Shown: one piece after another, positions 48,019 through 58,033 of the stretch
Layout: every line of letters starts with the position of its first letter
Position numbering within the stretch: position 1 is the first letter of the stretch
Source of the DNA: Oligoflexus sp.
GTDB taxonomy: Bacteria > Bdellovibrionota_B > Oligoflexia > Oligoflexales > Oligoflexaceae
NCBI GenBank assembly: GCA_014377445.1
Contig: JACMPP010000023.1
Location: 1,539 to 65,538, forward strand
Length of the DNA stretch: 64,000 nucleotides
Reading direction: 5' to 3'
The notes under the pieces: model-generated
What the model saw: the letters and a program-made list of their open reading frames with translations, nothing else
The model's database searches: none
What the model was told of the DNA's origin: nothing
Made by a program: the position numbers and the translations under genes

Positions 48019-48921
48019 ATGAAAAAGGTTGAGGCCAATCGTTATCCGCACTCGGCGACCTTATTCAAGTTCTGCAAAGAAGCATTAGAAATCCGTTACG
48101 ATGGCAATGTAAAGGTGATTGACCAAGACGTTGGTGCGATCCTTGGCTACGATCCAGCCGATTGCAGCCATTGGAAAAAGGGTAAGAAGAACATCCGTTC
48201 TCTTACGACGCTTCGCAGCATCGCCGAACATTTGAATGTTGATGAAGGTCTTCTGATCGACATCACTTCTGGCAAAGTCACTCTTGATGAAGCCGTCTTT
48301 GAATTCAAAGGCTACGGTGAATTCACTCTGAGCGGCAAACCCCTTGAAGCTCTGAAAAAAGAGTACTTCAAGAATCCACAACGCTGGCAGGGTGGCAACC
48401 AAATCCCAGCTTTCGAAGTGCATTTTCACAAACAACGCAAACAAGTTGTGCAGCTCGCGAATGAGCTGATTGAACAGGGTGGCTTCACCGAGACCCCTCT
48501 TTATATCCCGGAAATCTATCGTTTGGTACCAAACGTAACCGTCGCTCACAACCCCGAGCAGGTCGACGTTTTCACTGTTCGTCATGACGACGAAGGCGCG
48601 GAGCTGAAGACCGTGGTCAACTTCCAATCAGGCGAAGCACGACCCTACCTCCGTTTCATCGCTGGTAAGGCCCTCTTCAAGCATCTCCTTGGAACCGGCC
48701 GCATCAACAGTGAGGCACTCAACGAGACGCCAGCTGAGATTGTGGACATCCTGGCAAACGTATTTGCTGGTGCTCTTCTGATTCCAAGCGAGCTGCTTCG
48801 TGAAGAAGTCCAAAAGCTTGACATGTCTTTCGATATGATCCGCCAGCTATCAGAAATCTTCTGGGTCTCGCGCTCACTCATGAATCAGCGCCTCCGGGAT
48901 TTCCTTGAACACGGTGACTGA
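48019..48921 (+). CDS. XRE-like HTH fused to an ImmA/IrrE (M78)-like domain lacking HExxH
   Basis: DQDVGAILGYDPADCSHWKKG HTH; RFIAGKALFKH where RFxxAHELGH is expected; ANVFAGALLIP; LSEIFWVS. Confidence 0.75.
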   Translation: MKKVEANRYPHSATLFKFCKEALEIRYDGNVKVIDQDVGAILGYDPADCSHWKKGKKNIRSLTTLRSIAEHLNVDEGLLIDITSGKVTLDEAVFEFKGYGEFTLSGKPLEALKKEYFKNPQRWQGGNQIPAFEVHFHKQRKQVVQLANELIEQGGFTETPLYIPEIYRLVPNVTVAHNPEQVDVFTVRHDDEGAELKTVVNFQSGEARPYLRFIAGKALFKHLLGTGRINSEALNETPAEIVDILANVFAGALLIPSELLREEVQKLDMSFDMIRQLSEIFWVSRSLMNQRLRDFLEHGD

Positions 48922-48966
48922 AACTTGCTGATACGACTAAAATAAATCCTATTTTTTAGGTTTTTA

Positions 48967-48995
48967 AAAGGCTCCCATTTGGGGGCCTTTCTTTC
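48967..48995 (+). terminator. Probable intrinsic terminator
   Basis: AAAGGCTCCC-ATTT-GGGGGCCTTT followed by CTTTC. Confidence 0.6.
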
Positions 48996-49013
48996 GTTTG
49001 GGAAGAGTTTCTC

Positions 49014-49040
49014 TCAAGCTTTCCGGATTTCCTCCGAAAT
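49014..49040 (+). promoter_or_regulatory. Sigma-28 (FliA)-type promoter (weaker match)
   Basis: TCAAG-N14-TCCGAAAT, 43 nt upstream of ATG 49084. Confidence 0.5.
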
Positions 49041-49083
49041 CACTAGGGACACATGGTCATCTCTGTACCTCAGGAAGGCTGCG

Positions 49084-51024
49084 ATGAGTGAGCTCTTTAA
49101 ATTGAAAAACGGTACCGTCTTGATTAGCACCGAGGCGCCAGGCGGAATTTATAATTCGGCTCAGCTAAAGAAAATCGCCGAACTCTGTTCGAAAGAACTG
49201 GCGATCGTCAAAGCGACAGAAGATCAGCGACTCGCTCTATTTGTGAAAGAGAGTGAGATCGAACGTATCACGACCGAGCTCAAGGCGACCGGCCTTGGCT
49301 TCCGCAATTATCAATCCGGACTGCACCAACCCGTCTCGTGCCTTGGTGAGCTCTGTGAGACCCACGAGCAACCCGCGCTGACGACAGCGATGGATTTGAC
49401 GAAGCTCATCGCGAACCTGAAGCTTCAATCCACGGTAAAAATCGGTATCAATGGCTGTGCACGTTGCTGCGCGCCCTGTCATACTCTCGACATCTCCGTG
49501 ATCGGAGAAGCGAGTGGCTATCGCATCAGTATGGGTGGCAAGACCTCTCAGTTTCCTGAACTTGCTTCCTTCTTTGCCGAAGCTGTGCCAGCCGATAAAC
49601 TGCCCCGACTTCTAACCACTGTTATAGAGATATTCCAATCCAAAGCTGAAGAAGGGGAAAGCTTCAACGAATTTCTCGATCGCTCCGGCGTCGAAGATTT
49701 TATCGCAGCTCTTGCTCCCTATAGCCAGGATGCAGCTCATCGCGACGATCCATTTGCTGTCGGCGGGGAAGAAACTGCGGATGAACGGGAAATCGCCGAA
49801 AATCCGCTTGAAAATGCGGCAGTAGACGACGACTTCCTGGAAGTTGAAATGGAAGAGGTTCCTGAAATCCAAGCAGAATCCGACTTCGAAATGGCGCCCG
49901 CCCACGAGGCGGAAGACTTCCTGGCTTCAGACAATGGCAGCATCGATCTCGAAGTGGAAGAGTCTGAAGTCGATCACGACGAGATGAGCTACGATCTCAG
50001 CTCGGATGACAGCAGCGATAGCCTCGATGAAATCCCGATCTCTTCAGCGGCTCATCATACCTTAAACGACGATATTGTGGTTTCAGATCTCGATACGGGC
50101 GATGTTGAAGAAATGAGTCTCGACAGCTTTGAAGAAGAAGCTGAAATGGTCACAGAGCTTCTCGATGCGCCCGAGCCTAAAGTCCCGTCAGCGAAAGCAG
50201 TTATGCCGACCCTGGACGAAGACGAAAAACTTCTCGATCTAGATGACAAAGCGCAAATGGTCAGTGCCGCACTGGAGTCGGAATCAGAAATCGAACTGAC
50301 CGAAGCAGTTCCGGATGAAGTCGAGGATGAACTTGATTTCGAAGAGAGCGACGAAGCCGGCGATGGCGCGATGATGAGCGAAGAGCTTACAATCCACGAA
50401 CCAGAACTTCTCGACAGCGATGAAGATCTTGAAGCCGACGTCCCGCTTCTCGCCGCAGAAGAAGCGGAAATTCCAGAGCTGGACAAAGATCTTCTGCAGA
50501 GCAATGAGATCGACACGTCGGTCCTTGATGAGAGCGAAGACGATAGCGAAGGCGATATGATGAGTATCGAAGACGAGCAGCGCTTCGAGAAGCAGATCAA
50601 TGCCTCGATTGAAGAAGAGAAGAAAATGCGCGACGACTTTGAGGAAGCGGACAGCAATCAAAGCGCCAGAGCCGATGCTCTGCGTATGCTTGAGTCGGCC
50701 TCTGAAGATGATGAAATGGCCAAGGAAGAGGACGATCTTTCCGCTCTCAGTGCAGCGGCGCCCGCGAAGGCTGGAGGTCCTATTTCGTCTGGCAAATCCT
50801 TTGAATTTGATGGCTTTGACGTGACTGAAAGCACCATGCGGGTGCATTTCAGCTCGGGAGCCTATCTCGATGTGCAGCTTGATTCTCTGGAGATGTCACG
50901 AAGCAAGGTGTTCCGCGTGGGAAGGCAATCCATTACTGTGACTCACGAAGCGACCGGCTACAGCCTGGAAGTGGGGGGCATGAGAATGTTCTATCCGCAC
51001 CAAAACATGCGAGCGGCTTCCTAA
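49084..51024 (+). CDS. Nitrite/sulfite-reductase-like domain fused to a long acidic low-complexity region and a small C-terminal beta domain
   Basis: PGGIYNSAQLKKIAEL...VKATEDQRL, SCLGELC, KIGINGCARCC...DISVIG...GYRISMGGK; then a D/E-rich tract. Start at ATG 49084 (AGGAAGG). Confidence 0.75.
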   Translation: MSELFKLKNGTVLISTEAPGGIYNSAQLKKIAELCSKELAIVKATEDQRLALFVKESEIERITTELKATGLGFRNYQSGLHQPVSCLGELCETHEQPALTTAMDLTKLIANLKLQSTVKIGINGCARCCAPCHTLDISVIGEASGYRISMGGKTSQFPELASFFAEAVPADKLPRLLTTVIEIFQSKAEEGESFNEFLDRSGVEDFIAALAPYSQDAAHRDDPFAVGGEETADEREIAENPLENAAVDDDFLEVEMEEVPEIQAESDFEMAPAHEAEDFLASDNGSIDLEVEESEVDHDEMSYDLSSDDSSDSLDEIPISSAAHHTLNDDIVVSDLDTGDVEEMSLDSFEEEAEMVTELLDAPEPKVPSAKAVMPTLDEDEKLLDLDDKAQMVSAALESESEIELTEAVPDEVEDELDFEESDEAGDGAMMSEELTIHEPELLDSDEDLEADVPLLAAEEAEIPELDKDLLQSNEIDTSVLDESEDDSEGDMMSIEDEQRFEKQINASIEEEKKMRDDFEEADSNQSARADALRMLESASEDDEMAKEEDDLSALSAAAPAKAGGPISSGKSFEFDGFDVTESTMRVHFSSGAYLDVQLDSLEMSRSKVFRVGRQSITVTHEATGYSLEVGGMRMFYPHQNMRAAS

Positions 51025-51049
51025 GAGCACCGCTCCTTGACCCATCTTA

Positions 51050-51358
51050 TTACTTCTCGATCATGCGGGGCGTCCACGCCCCGGCTTCTTCCTCAGAATC
51101 ATCCAGATTATCCGGCATTTTTGCAGACTTTCGATTCTTCCACTCACCTGAGGCGGAGCAATCGTAGGCGCCCTTCTTATCCTTGACCCAAAAGCTTGAG
51201 CCTTCCAGTTCTGGAATACAGTCGGGTAGGGAATCCATGCTGTCGGCTGTGCCGTCATAGGCGGAATCGTCGATGGTCATACCCTTCGGGCTCCCTGTCG
51301 CGCATGACATCGCTGCAAAAGCAAAAATCGCCATTAGGAACGTAAGCGCACTAGGCAT
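51050..51358 (-). CDS. Small putative lipoprotein
   Basis: Hydrophobic signal with lipobox-like AMS-C; 102 aa; 11 nt after the upstream gene. Confidence 0.7.
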   Translation of the reverse strand: MPSALTFLMAIFAFAAMSCATGSPKGMTIDDSAYDGTADSMDSLPDCIPELEGSSFWVKDKKGAYDCSASGEWKNRKSAKMPDNLDDSEEEAGAWTPRMIEK

Positions 51359-51369
51359 TCTGATTCCTT

Positions 51370-52308
51370 CTAATCTTGATGGGGCTTCTTTTTGAAAATG
51401 TTACCCGAAGACGTGACCGGTAGCATCAAGAAGCTGTTTTGATCAAAAAAATCTTTCAACTTCGGATAACGGCCGCGCGATTGATACGCCCAAAAGAGCT
51501 GGCGACGCGGATGACGGTGATTGGAAAGCACGTCAAGGACATCCTGTTCCTCTTCGCTGAGTTTGAGATCGGCTTTCTGCTGAAGCAGAATCTCGACAGC
51601 ATCACGAAGACGATGATCCATCTCCAAATGCTTGTGCCTTGCCTCTTGAATATCGACCTTCTCGGTTTCTTCATCATAAAGAATTTGATAGTGCTGCCAC
51701 GCACTCGCGAGAAGACTGAGGGTCGGAATGCGCGTTCCGAAGTGGCGAATCATGATGAGGCACTGATCCACAGGATGGGTGTCGACCAGAATCATCGCAT
51801 CGCGTTCGGCATTGACGAGCTCGAGTTCACCGAGCATATCGCGACCGTCCATAAACGCGGAAAGAATGCGTTTGTGGGTCGGCAATGGATGGCGAATGGT
51901 AGGTGTGAGATCGGGTTCGCGCGGCTGGAGGTAATGGACGTTGCCTTCGCGTTTATATGGGAAAACCACGGCATCGGTGGAGGTGACGCCTTTATCGAAA
52001 TTGAGTTGCCAGAGATGGATGTTGTATTCCATTCCGATACGCAGCGATTGTTTGCCGCGTGACTGGTTTTGTTCATGCACTTTCACATGGATAATATTGC
52101 GAGCCACCAGGCCTTCGACAGCTTCTTTCAGCTTGTCTTCCTGGTAGCCAATCAAAGACGCGAGTTCTTTCTCGGTCGTGATGAGATCATGCATGCCTGA
52201 AACTGCACAGTTGAGCAGATAAAGAACGATACTGTATTCGCATTGTTCCAGACGTGCCATCGCCAGAACTTTAAACCCTGATTCGCTCATAAAGGTCTGA
52301 AATGGCAT
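51370..52308 (-). CDS. Hypothetical protein with N-terminal winged HTH
   Basis: EYSIVLYLL...TEKELASLIG...LKEAVEGLVARNII resembles replication-protein wHTH domains; start at ATG 52308 (AAGGAG). Confidence 0.7.
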   Translation of the reverse strand: MPFQTFMSESGFKVLAMARLEQCEYSIVLYLLNCAVSGMHDLITTEKELASLIGYQEDKLKEAVEGLVARNIIHVKVHEQNQSRGKQSLRIGMEYNIHLWQLNFDKGVTSTDAVVFPYKREGNVHYLQPREPDLTPTIRHPLPTHKRILSAFMDGRDMLGELELVNAERDAMILVDTHPVDQCLIMIRHFGTRIPTLSLLASAWQHYQILYDEETEKVDIQEARHKHLEMDHRLRDAVEILLQQKADLKLSEEEQDVLDVLSNHRHPRRQLFWAYQSRGRYPKLKDFFDQNSFLMLPVTSSGNIFKKKPHQD

Positions 52309-52505
52309 AGATGACTCCTTCTCGTTTCCCGCATCAACATAAAACTTCAGCCGTTCGACTCTTGCCATTCTGTCTTTTCTGACATGAATTGTCTAGCCTC
52401 GCTCGCAGCGATCATTAAAAGGCGGCGCGCTCTTCGTGCAAAGGCCATTCGGAAGGCGGGTTAGGTGGCGCGCTCGCCAAGCGGATTTCCGAGAAATAAA
52501 CGCAG

Positions 52506-52544
52506 AAAAAGCTCATCAGGCATGTGAATCATGATGAGCTTTTT
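52506..52544. terminator. Intrinsic terminator after the carboxylase operon
   Basis: AAAAAGCTCATCA...TGATGAGCTTTTT. Confidence 0.7.
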
Positions 52545-52560
52545 GTTAAGTGGAATGAAA

Positions 52561-54546
52561 TCAGGCTTCCGGAGGATCTTGCCAGAGTGCAAGCATAGTA
52601 TCGGACTGAACCTGCTGGCCCGCTTGTACCAGGATCTCGGAGATTACGCCGCTGCGTGTGGCGAGAACTTCAAACTCCATTTTCATGGACTCGAGGATCA
52701 TGAGGGTCTGCTTGTCGGAAACCTTGGCGCCTGGCTCGATCAGGATCTTGACGACCTTTCCCGGGACAGGAGCGATTACTTCGTGAGCATGAGCCCCTGA
52801 CTTACCACTGGTGGAGCTTTCGTCCCGCCGTTCGACCTTGAAGTAGGTTTCGCCATCGATATTCAGCCAGCGGATATAAGCGCCCCTATCGCTCGTGGAA
52901 CAAAAGGAAAAGCCGGTTTGCTGGCCATTTTTTTCTATAAAGCCGCGGCCCATGGTCGACAGTCTGGGACCGTAGCGAAGTGGGACCGAGGCTTTTACTT
53001 CGTTGGTGAATTGGATGCGACTGGACGCCAGGTTCTTCGCTTTGGCAAAAATCGCTTGAGTCAGGGATGCGATACTGCCTGGGACGACGGTAAGATCGGA
53101 CGAAAGGTTCTGCCAGATCTCTTCGGCCAGAGGATCGGTTTTGCTGCGGCGAAGAACTTCGGCCGCTTGCAATGCGGGTGCTTCGTCCTCTAGGAAGCGC
53201 GTCGTGGGCTGCGCATCGCTAAAGGCCGTGCTTTCGAGAACCCCGAGCAGGAAGCTTGCATTGCTGATGGGCATAGCCAGAACACTTTGCTTCAGGGCTT
53301 CTATCAGGCGTTTTATGGCTTGTTTGCGAGTGGGTCCCGTGGCGATCAATTTGGCAATCATCGGATCGAAGCGTGGCGTGACTTCATCGATGGCATCGAT
53401 ACCGGCTTCCCAGCGAATGCCCTGGCTGCTGTAGGGCAGGAAGCCATAGACCGGGCCAGGCGCGGGAAGGAATTTGTTTTTGCTGTCTTCGGCGTAGAGA
53501 CGCAGCTCAATACTGTGGCCTTGTGGCACGAGATTGATACGGTCCTTCAGAGTTTCACCCATGGCCACTCGCAACTGCCAGGCGACGAGATCTTCATTGA
53601 AAATCTGCTCCGTCACCGGATGCTCAACCTGAAGGCGTGTGTTCATCTCGAGGAAGTAGAAGTTCTCTTTCGCGCGATGCTCAGGTGCCCAGTCCATGAT
53701 GTATTCCACAGTTCCGGCCGAGTAATAGCCGACCGCTTTGGCCAGCGCCACCGCCGATTCCTGCATGCGCCTTCGGGTCTCATCGCTGAGGCCGGGAGCA
53801 GGCGCTTCCTCAATCACCTTTTGGTGACGCCGTTGCACCGAACAGTCGCGATCACCGAGAGCATAGACGTTGCCCTGCTGATCGCCCATGATCTGCACTT
53901 CGATGTGACGAGGATGTTCAACATAACGCTCGACGATAAGTGTGCTGTCGCCGAAGGAGTTGAGTGCCTCGGATTGAGCGCGGTTGATCGACTCTTCAAT
54001 GTCAGCTAGGTGGCGAACGATCCGCATGCCTTTGCCGCCGCCGCCCATGGCTGCTTTCAAGAGTATGGGAAAGCCGTGGTCTTTGACGAAGCCGTGAACG
54101 GACTTCACGAGTTCATTGACGTCGAGATTGCTCATCTTTTCAAGGCCGGGAACAACTGGCACATTATATTTTTTGGCAATCAAACGCGCTTCCGCTTTCG
54201 ATGCCATCTGGGAAATGGATTTCGGGGAAGGGCCGATCCAGGTCAGACCGCTTTCCTCCACAAGCGATGCAAAGGCCGCACTCTCCGAAAGAAAGCCGAA
54301 GCCGGGATGCACAGCATCACAGCCGGACTGCTTGGCGAAGTCGACCATCTTTTGACCGTTGAGATAGAGCGCAGGGCTCTCTTCGTCCACTTTCAACAGA
54401 GTCGTGACAAGTCCCTGCAGAAAGCTGGGGGCTGCCGGACCGCTGTAAAGGGCTGCGGTTTCGATCCCGAGTCCCTGCGCGCCGAGAGCGATCCGCCGCG
54501 CGATCTCGCCCCGATTCGCGATAAATACCTTATGAATTTTTTTCAC
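52561..54546 (-). CDS. Acyl-CoA carboxylase alpha subunit (biotin carboxylase plus BCCP; MCC/GCC type)
   Basis: IANRGEIA, HPGFGFLSE, GGGGKGMR, DCSVQRRHQK, EMNTRLQVEHPVTE, biotin site ESMKM. Confidence 0.93.
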   Translation of the reverse strand: MKKIHKVFIANRGEIARRIALGAQGLGIETAALYSGPAAPSFLQGLVTTLLKVDEESPALYLNGQKMVDFAKQSGCDAVHPGFGFLSESAAFASLVEESGLTWIGPSPKSISQMASKAEARLIAKKYNVPVVPGLEKMSNLDVNELVKSVHGFVKDHGFPILLKAAMGGGGKGMRIVRHLADIEESINRAQSEALNSFGDSTLIVERYVEHPRHIEVQIMGDQQGNVYALGDRDCSVQRRHQKVIEEAPAPGLSDETRRRMQESAVALAKAVGYYSAGTVEYIMDWAPEHRAKENFYFLEMNTRLQVEHPVTEQIFNEDLVAWQLRVAMGETLKDRINLVPQGHSIELRLYAEDSKNKFLPAPGPVYGFLPYSSQGIRWEAGIDAIDEVTPRFDPMIAKLIATGPTRKQAIKRLIEALKQSVLAMPISNASFLLGVLESTAFSDAQPTTRFLEDEAPALQAAEVLRRSKTDPLAEEIWQNLSSDLTVVPGSIASLTQAIFAKAKNLASSRIQFTNEVKASVPLRYGPRLSTMGRGFIEKNGQQTGFSFCSTSDRGAYIRWLNIDGETYFKVERRDESSTSGKSGAHAHEVIAPVPGKVVKILIEPGAKVSDKQTLMILESMKMEFEVLATRSGVISEILVQAGQQVQSDTMLALWQDPPEA

Positions 54547-54549
54547 TGC

Positions 54550-56358
54550 TTAACCCTTCTTCTGCACGAGCTCGCCTGGAAAAGTAACCTTTTGAGCCAG
54601 GAGGGCCTGAGCGAAGGTCTTGCCTTGAGCATCGATTCGAAGCGTGCGGGTTCCGCCGCCGCCAAGCGATTCTTCCAAAAGGAAATTGAAGCCCTTCATA
54701 CCGGGCAGGCCATAGCGCGTAACCTTGCCGATGCAAAGTTCCTGAAACCAGTCTTTGACACGTTGCGCGGTCAGGTAGCTGTCGAGGAAGTCGTAAGCCT
54801 CCTGGCTCCGGGCCAGAACACCGATATTAGCTGTGTCGCCTTTATCTCCGCTGCGGGCAAGGGCGATCTCACGAAGGGCACGCGAGCTAGGTTTGTTATG
54901 ATCCGCAAGAGCCGCTTCGATCGACTGACTCGCTTTGGTTGCGATCTGCGCATCGAGTTCGTTCGGGACGAAGTTGCCGACCGGAGTATCGTTGACTTGT
55001 TTTTCTGAGACCATTTCGCCTTTTTCGAAAAGAGCGATTTTGGGTTGCACGGCTGTTTTAGGCATCAAAGCCGGCCAGTAGCTCATTACTTTCTGAGCCT
55101 TCGGCACGCCGCCTATAACAGCGACACCGGGAGGTCCACTGAGGATGAGCGAGGGAATCATTTTGCCGAAGAGACGCAATGCTTTTTCGTCCTTGGCCCG
55201 TGCGCCGAGGCGAAGAAGGATTTCATTGCCGTCTTCCTGATGAACGAGCGAACGGTGACAGGAATTGTAGCCGACGTATTCCGTCAGTGTTTCTTCGAAG
55301 GGACCCGGGCAGCGGTTCCAGAAGATGCGGGCGAACGCTTCCGCTTTCTTACGGGCGTTGGGTCCTGAGATCATGACCGAACCGGTGGCCTTGAAACCGT
55401 CTTCATAGGCCATCGACACTTTATAGAGGGGAGTCGGTTCAGCGCCGCGAATGCCGAAGACGCGCACGCGATCGGGGCCGGCCTGCTCGAGTTTGATGCT
55501 GCTGAAATCGGCAACGACATCAGGGGTGATGTAGGCCGTTGGACTGCCCATCTCATAGAAGAGTTGCTCGCGAACGGTGTCGACGCTGACGAGGCCGCCG
55601 GAACCTTTGTGCTTCGTAACGACGAAGCTGCCGTCTTCCGAAACTTCGACGATCGGATAACCGATTTGATCAAAGATCTCGACCTTTTCCCAGTCGGTGA
55701 AGTTTCCGCCAGTCGACTGGGATCCACATTCGATAATGTGACCGGCGACGATTCCGTGAGCGAGGCGTGTCCAATCGTTTAGTTTCCAGCCGAATTCGTA
55801 GATCATCGGCGCTATGGTGATGCCGGTATCCGTTACGCGGCCGGTTACGATAATATTGGGTTTCCATTTTAGGGCTTCGACCACGGGCGCGGCGCCGAAG
55901 TAGATGTTCGCAGCCTGGATACGGTCTGCAACCGGTGCGAACTTGGTCCCGTCTTCCATGTTGTCGAAAGCGATGCCGGAGTTTTGGAGACGACTGAGAT
56001 CAGGAAGGATGTCATCGCCGTAGACGATGGCGATGCGGGGACTTAGGCCGAGTTCGCTGGCAAGTTTGGCGATCGCCTGCGCGCAGGCCTGAGGGTTTAC
56101 ACCGCCGGCATTGGTGATGATCGTCGTGCCGTCGCTCATGAGCTTGGGCAGAACTTTCTTGATCATCGGGAGGAAGTCGCGCGCGTAGCCGGCTTCCGGG
56201 TCGCTGGAACGCTGTTTTTGGAGGATAGACATAGTGATTTCAGCGAGGAAGTCCATGCTGATATAATCGAGTCTTCCGCCGAAGACCTGACGTTCCAAAG
56301 CGTTGGGATCATCACCCCAATATCCACCTGCATTACCGATACTGATTGTCTTGCTCAT
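54550..56358 (-). CDS. atuA: Acyclic terpene utilization AtuA-family protein
   Basis: GYWGD, DFLAEITM, GHIIECG..STGGN, YITPDV, ARSGDKGD, LRIDAQGK. Confidence 0.88.
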   Translation of the reverse strand: MSKTISIGNAGGYWGDDPNALERQVFGGRLDYISMDFLAEITMSILQKQRSSDPEAGYARDFLPMIKKVLPKLMSDGTTIITNAGGVNPQACAQAIAKLASELGLSPRIAIVYGDDILPDLSRLQNSGIAFDNMEDGTKFAPVADRIQAANIYFGAAPVVEALKWKPNIIVTGRVTDTGITIAPMIYEFGWKLNDWTRLAHGIVAGHIIECGSQSTGGNFTDWEKVEIFDQIGYPIVEVSEDGSFVVTKHKGSGGLVSVDTVREQLFYEMGSPTAYITPDVVADFSSIKLEQAGPDRVRVFGIRGAEPTPLYKVSMAYEDGFKATGSVMISGPNARKKAEAFARIFWNRCPGPFEETLTEYVGYNSCHRSLVHQEDGNEILLRLGARAKDEKALRLFGKMIPSLILSGPPGVAVIGGVPKAQKVMSYWPALMPKTAVQPKIALFEKGEMVSEKQVNDTPVGNFVPNELDAQIATKASQSIEAALADHNKPSSRALREIALARSGDKGDTANIGVLARSQEAYDFLDSYLTAQRVKDWFQELCIGKVTRYGLPGMKGFNFLLEESLGGGGTRTLRIDAQGKTFAQALLAQKVTFPGELVQKKG

Positions 56359-56407
56359 CCCGATCCCCTTAGTCGATTCAAATATACATGTAAAAATTCA
56401 GTTTCAG

Positions 56408-58012
56408 TTACATTCGGAAGACGCCGTTACGAGTCTCGTCCCAATGATGATGCAAGGTGCTTGCAAGAGCTTTGGCGAGAACAGACCGTGTTTTACGGGG
56501 ATCGATGATGCCATCGTCCCAGAGGCGTGCGGAGGAGTAGTAGGCGCTACTCTCCTTTTCGTACTTATCCAGAATGGGTTGGCGGATGGCCTTGATATCG
56601 GCCTCCGTGAGTTCTTTGCCCTGTTTACGAAGCTGTTCGATCTTAACCGTAGCGAGGACGTCGGCAGCCTGCTCGCCGCCCATGACGGAGATCTTGGCAT
56701 TCGGCCACATAAAGAGATAACGCGGATCATAGGCCCGACCACACATCCCGTAGTTCCCGGCGCCAAAGCTGCCGCCGACGACAACCGTGAACTTGGGAAC
56801 CCTGGCATTCGCCACAGCATGAACAAGTTTCGCACCGTCTTTAGCGATGCCGCCGTGTTCGTATTTTTTACCGACGATGAAGCCGGTGATATTTTGAAGG
56901 AAGAGAAGGGGGATTTTCTCCTGCGTGCAAAGTTCGATGAAATGCGTGCCCTTGAGAGCGCTTTCTGAGAACAGGACACCATTATTCGCGAGAATGCCGA
57001 CAGGGACTCCTTCGATGTGGGCAAAGCCACAGATCAAGGTCGTGCCGTAGTTGGGTTTGAACTCAAAGAGTTTCGATCCGTCGACCACGCGGGCGATGAC
57101 TTCGCGGATATCGAAGGCCTTGCGGCTCTCGGCGGGCACGACACCGAGCAGCTCTTCAGAATCGTAATCAGGTGCCTCAGGCGTCTGGAGTTTGACCGAA
57201 GCTTCCTTGGGACGACCCAGATATTTGACGATTTGACGAAGGATTTGCAGAGCGTGTTCGTCGTCTTCCGCGAGATGGTCGGCCACACCGGAGATCGAAG
57301 TATGGACCTTGGCACCGCCGAGTTCTTCGGCCGTCACTTCCTCGCCCGTAGCCGCTTTCACGAGGGGAGGGCCTGCGAGAAAAATAGTTCCGGTGCCGCG
57401 TACGATGACACTTTGATCCGACATCGCAGGTATATAAGCTCCACCTGCGGTACAGAACCCGTGCACGCTGGAGATCTGCTGAATGCCTTTGGAACTCATG
57501 CGGGCCTGATTGAAAAAGATGCGGCCAAAGTCGTCCTTATCCGGGAATACTTCGTCCTGCATGGGGAGAAAAGCGCCGCCTGAATCCACGAGGTAGATAC
57601 AGGGCAGGTAGTTTTGCTCAGCAATTTCCTGAGCGCGAAGATGTTTCTTCACGGTGATCGGAAAGTAGGTCCCACCTTTGACCGAAGCGTCATTCGCCAC
57701 GATCATGCAGGGGCGACCCTGTACGATACCGATACCGGTGACGATGCCGCCCGATGGGACGGCCGTATCGTAGAGGTCATGTCCGGCAAAGCTGGAGAGT
57801 TCAAGGAATTCAGAGCCCGGATCGATAAGCTTTTGAATGCGTTCTCTCGCGGGCAGTTTGCCTTGTTTCAAGAGTCTGGCCTGGGTTTCAACCCCGCCGC
57901 CGAGAGCCACTTTCTCAGTCTTGGCCTCCAGCGCCTTTACCAGCTCTGAGTGGAAGGCAAAGTTCTGCCGAAAGTTATCGCTGTTGCGATCGATCTTGGA
58001 AGAGATGCGCAT
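56408..58012 (-). CDS. Acyl-CoA carboxylase beta subunit (methylcrotonyl-CoA carboxylase type)
   Basis: [57 protein letters not shown], end GVFRM. Confidence 0.93.
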   Translation of the reverse strand: MRISSKIDRNSDNFRQNFAFHSELVKALEAKTEKVALGGGVETQARLLKQGKLPARERIQKLIDPGSEFLELSSFAGHDLYDTAVPSGGIVTGIGIVQGRPCMIVANDASVKGGTYFPITVKKHLRAQEIAEQNYLPCIYLVDSGGAFLPMQDEVFPDKDDFGRIFFNQARMSSKGIQQISSVHGFCTAGGAYIPAMSDQSVIVRGTGTIFLAGPPLVKAATGEEVTAEELGGAKVHTSISGVADHLAEDDEHALQILRQIVKYLGRPKEASVKLQTPEAPDYDSEELLGVVPAESRKAFDIREVIARVVDGSKLFEFKPNYGTTLICGFAHIEGVPVGILANNGVLFSESALKGTHFIELCTQEKIPLLFLQNITGFIVGKKYEHGGIAKDGAKLVHAVANARVPKFTVVVGGSFGAGNYGMCGRAYDPRYLFMWPNAKISVMGGEQAADVLATVKIEQLRKQGKELTEADIKAIRQPILDKYEKESSAYYSSARLWDDGIIDPRKTRSVLAKALASTLHHHWDETRNGVFRM

Positions 58013-58033
58013 TAAATTCAGACCTCCAAAGGC

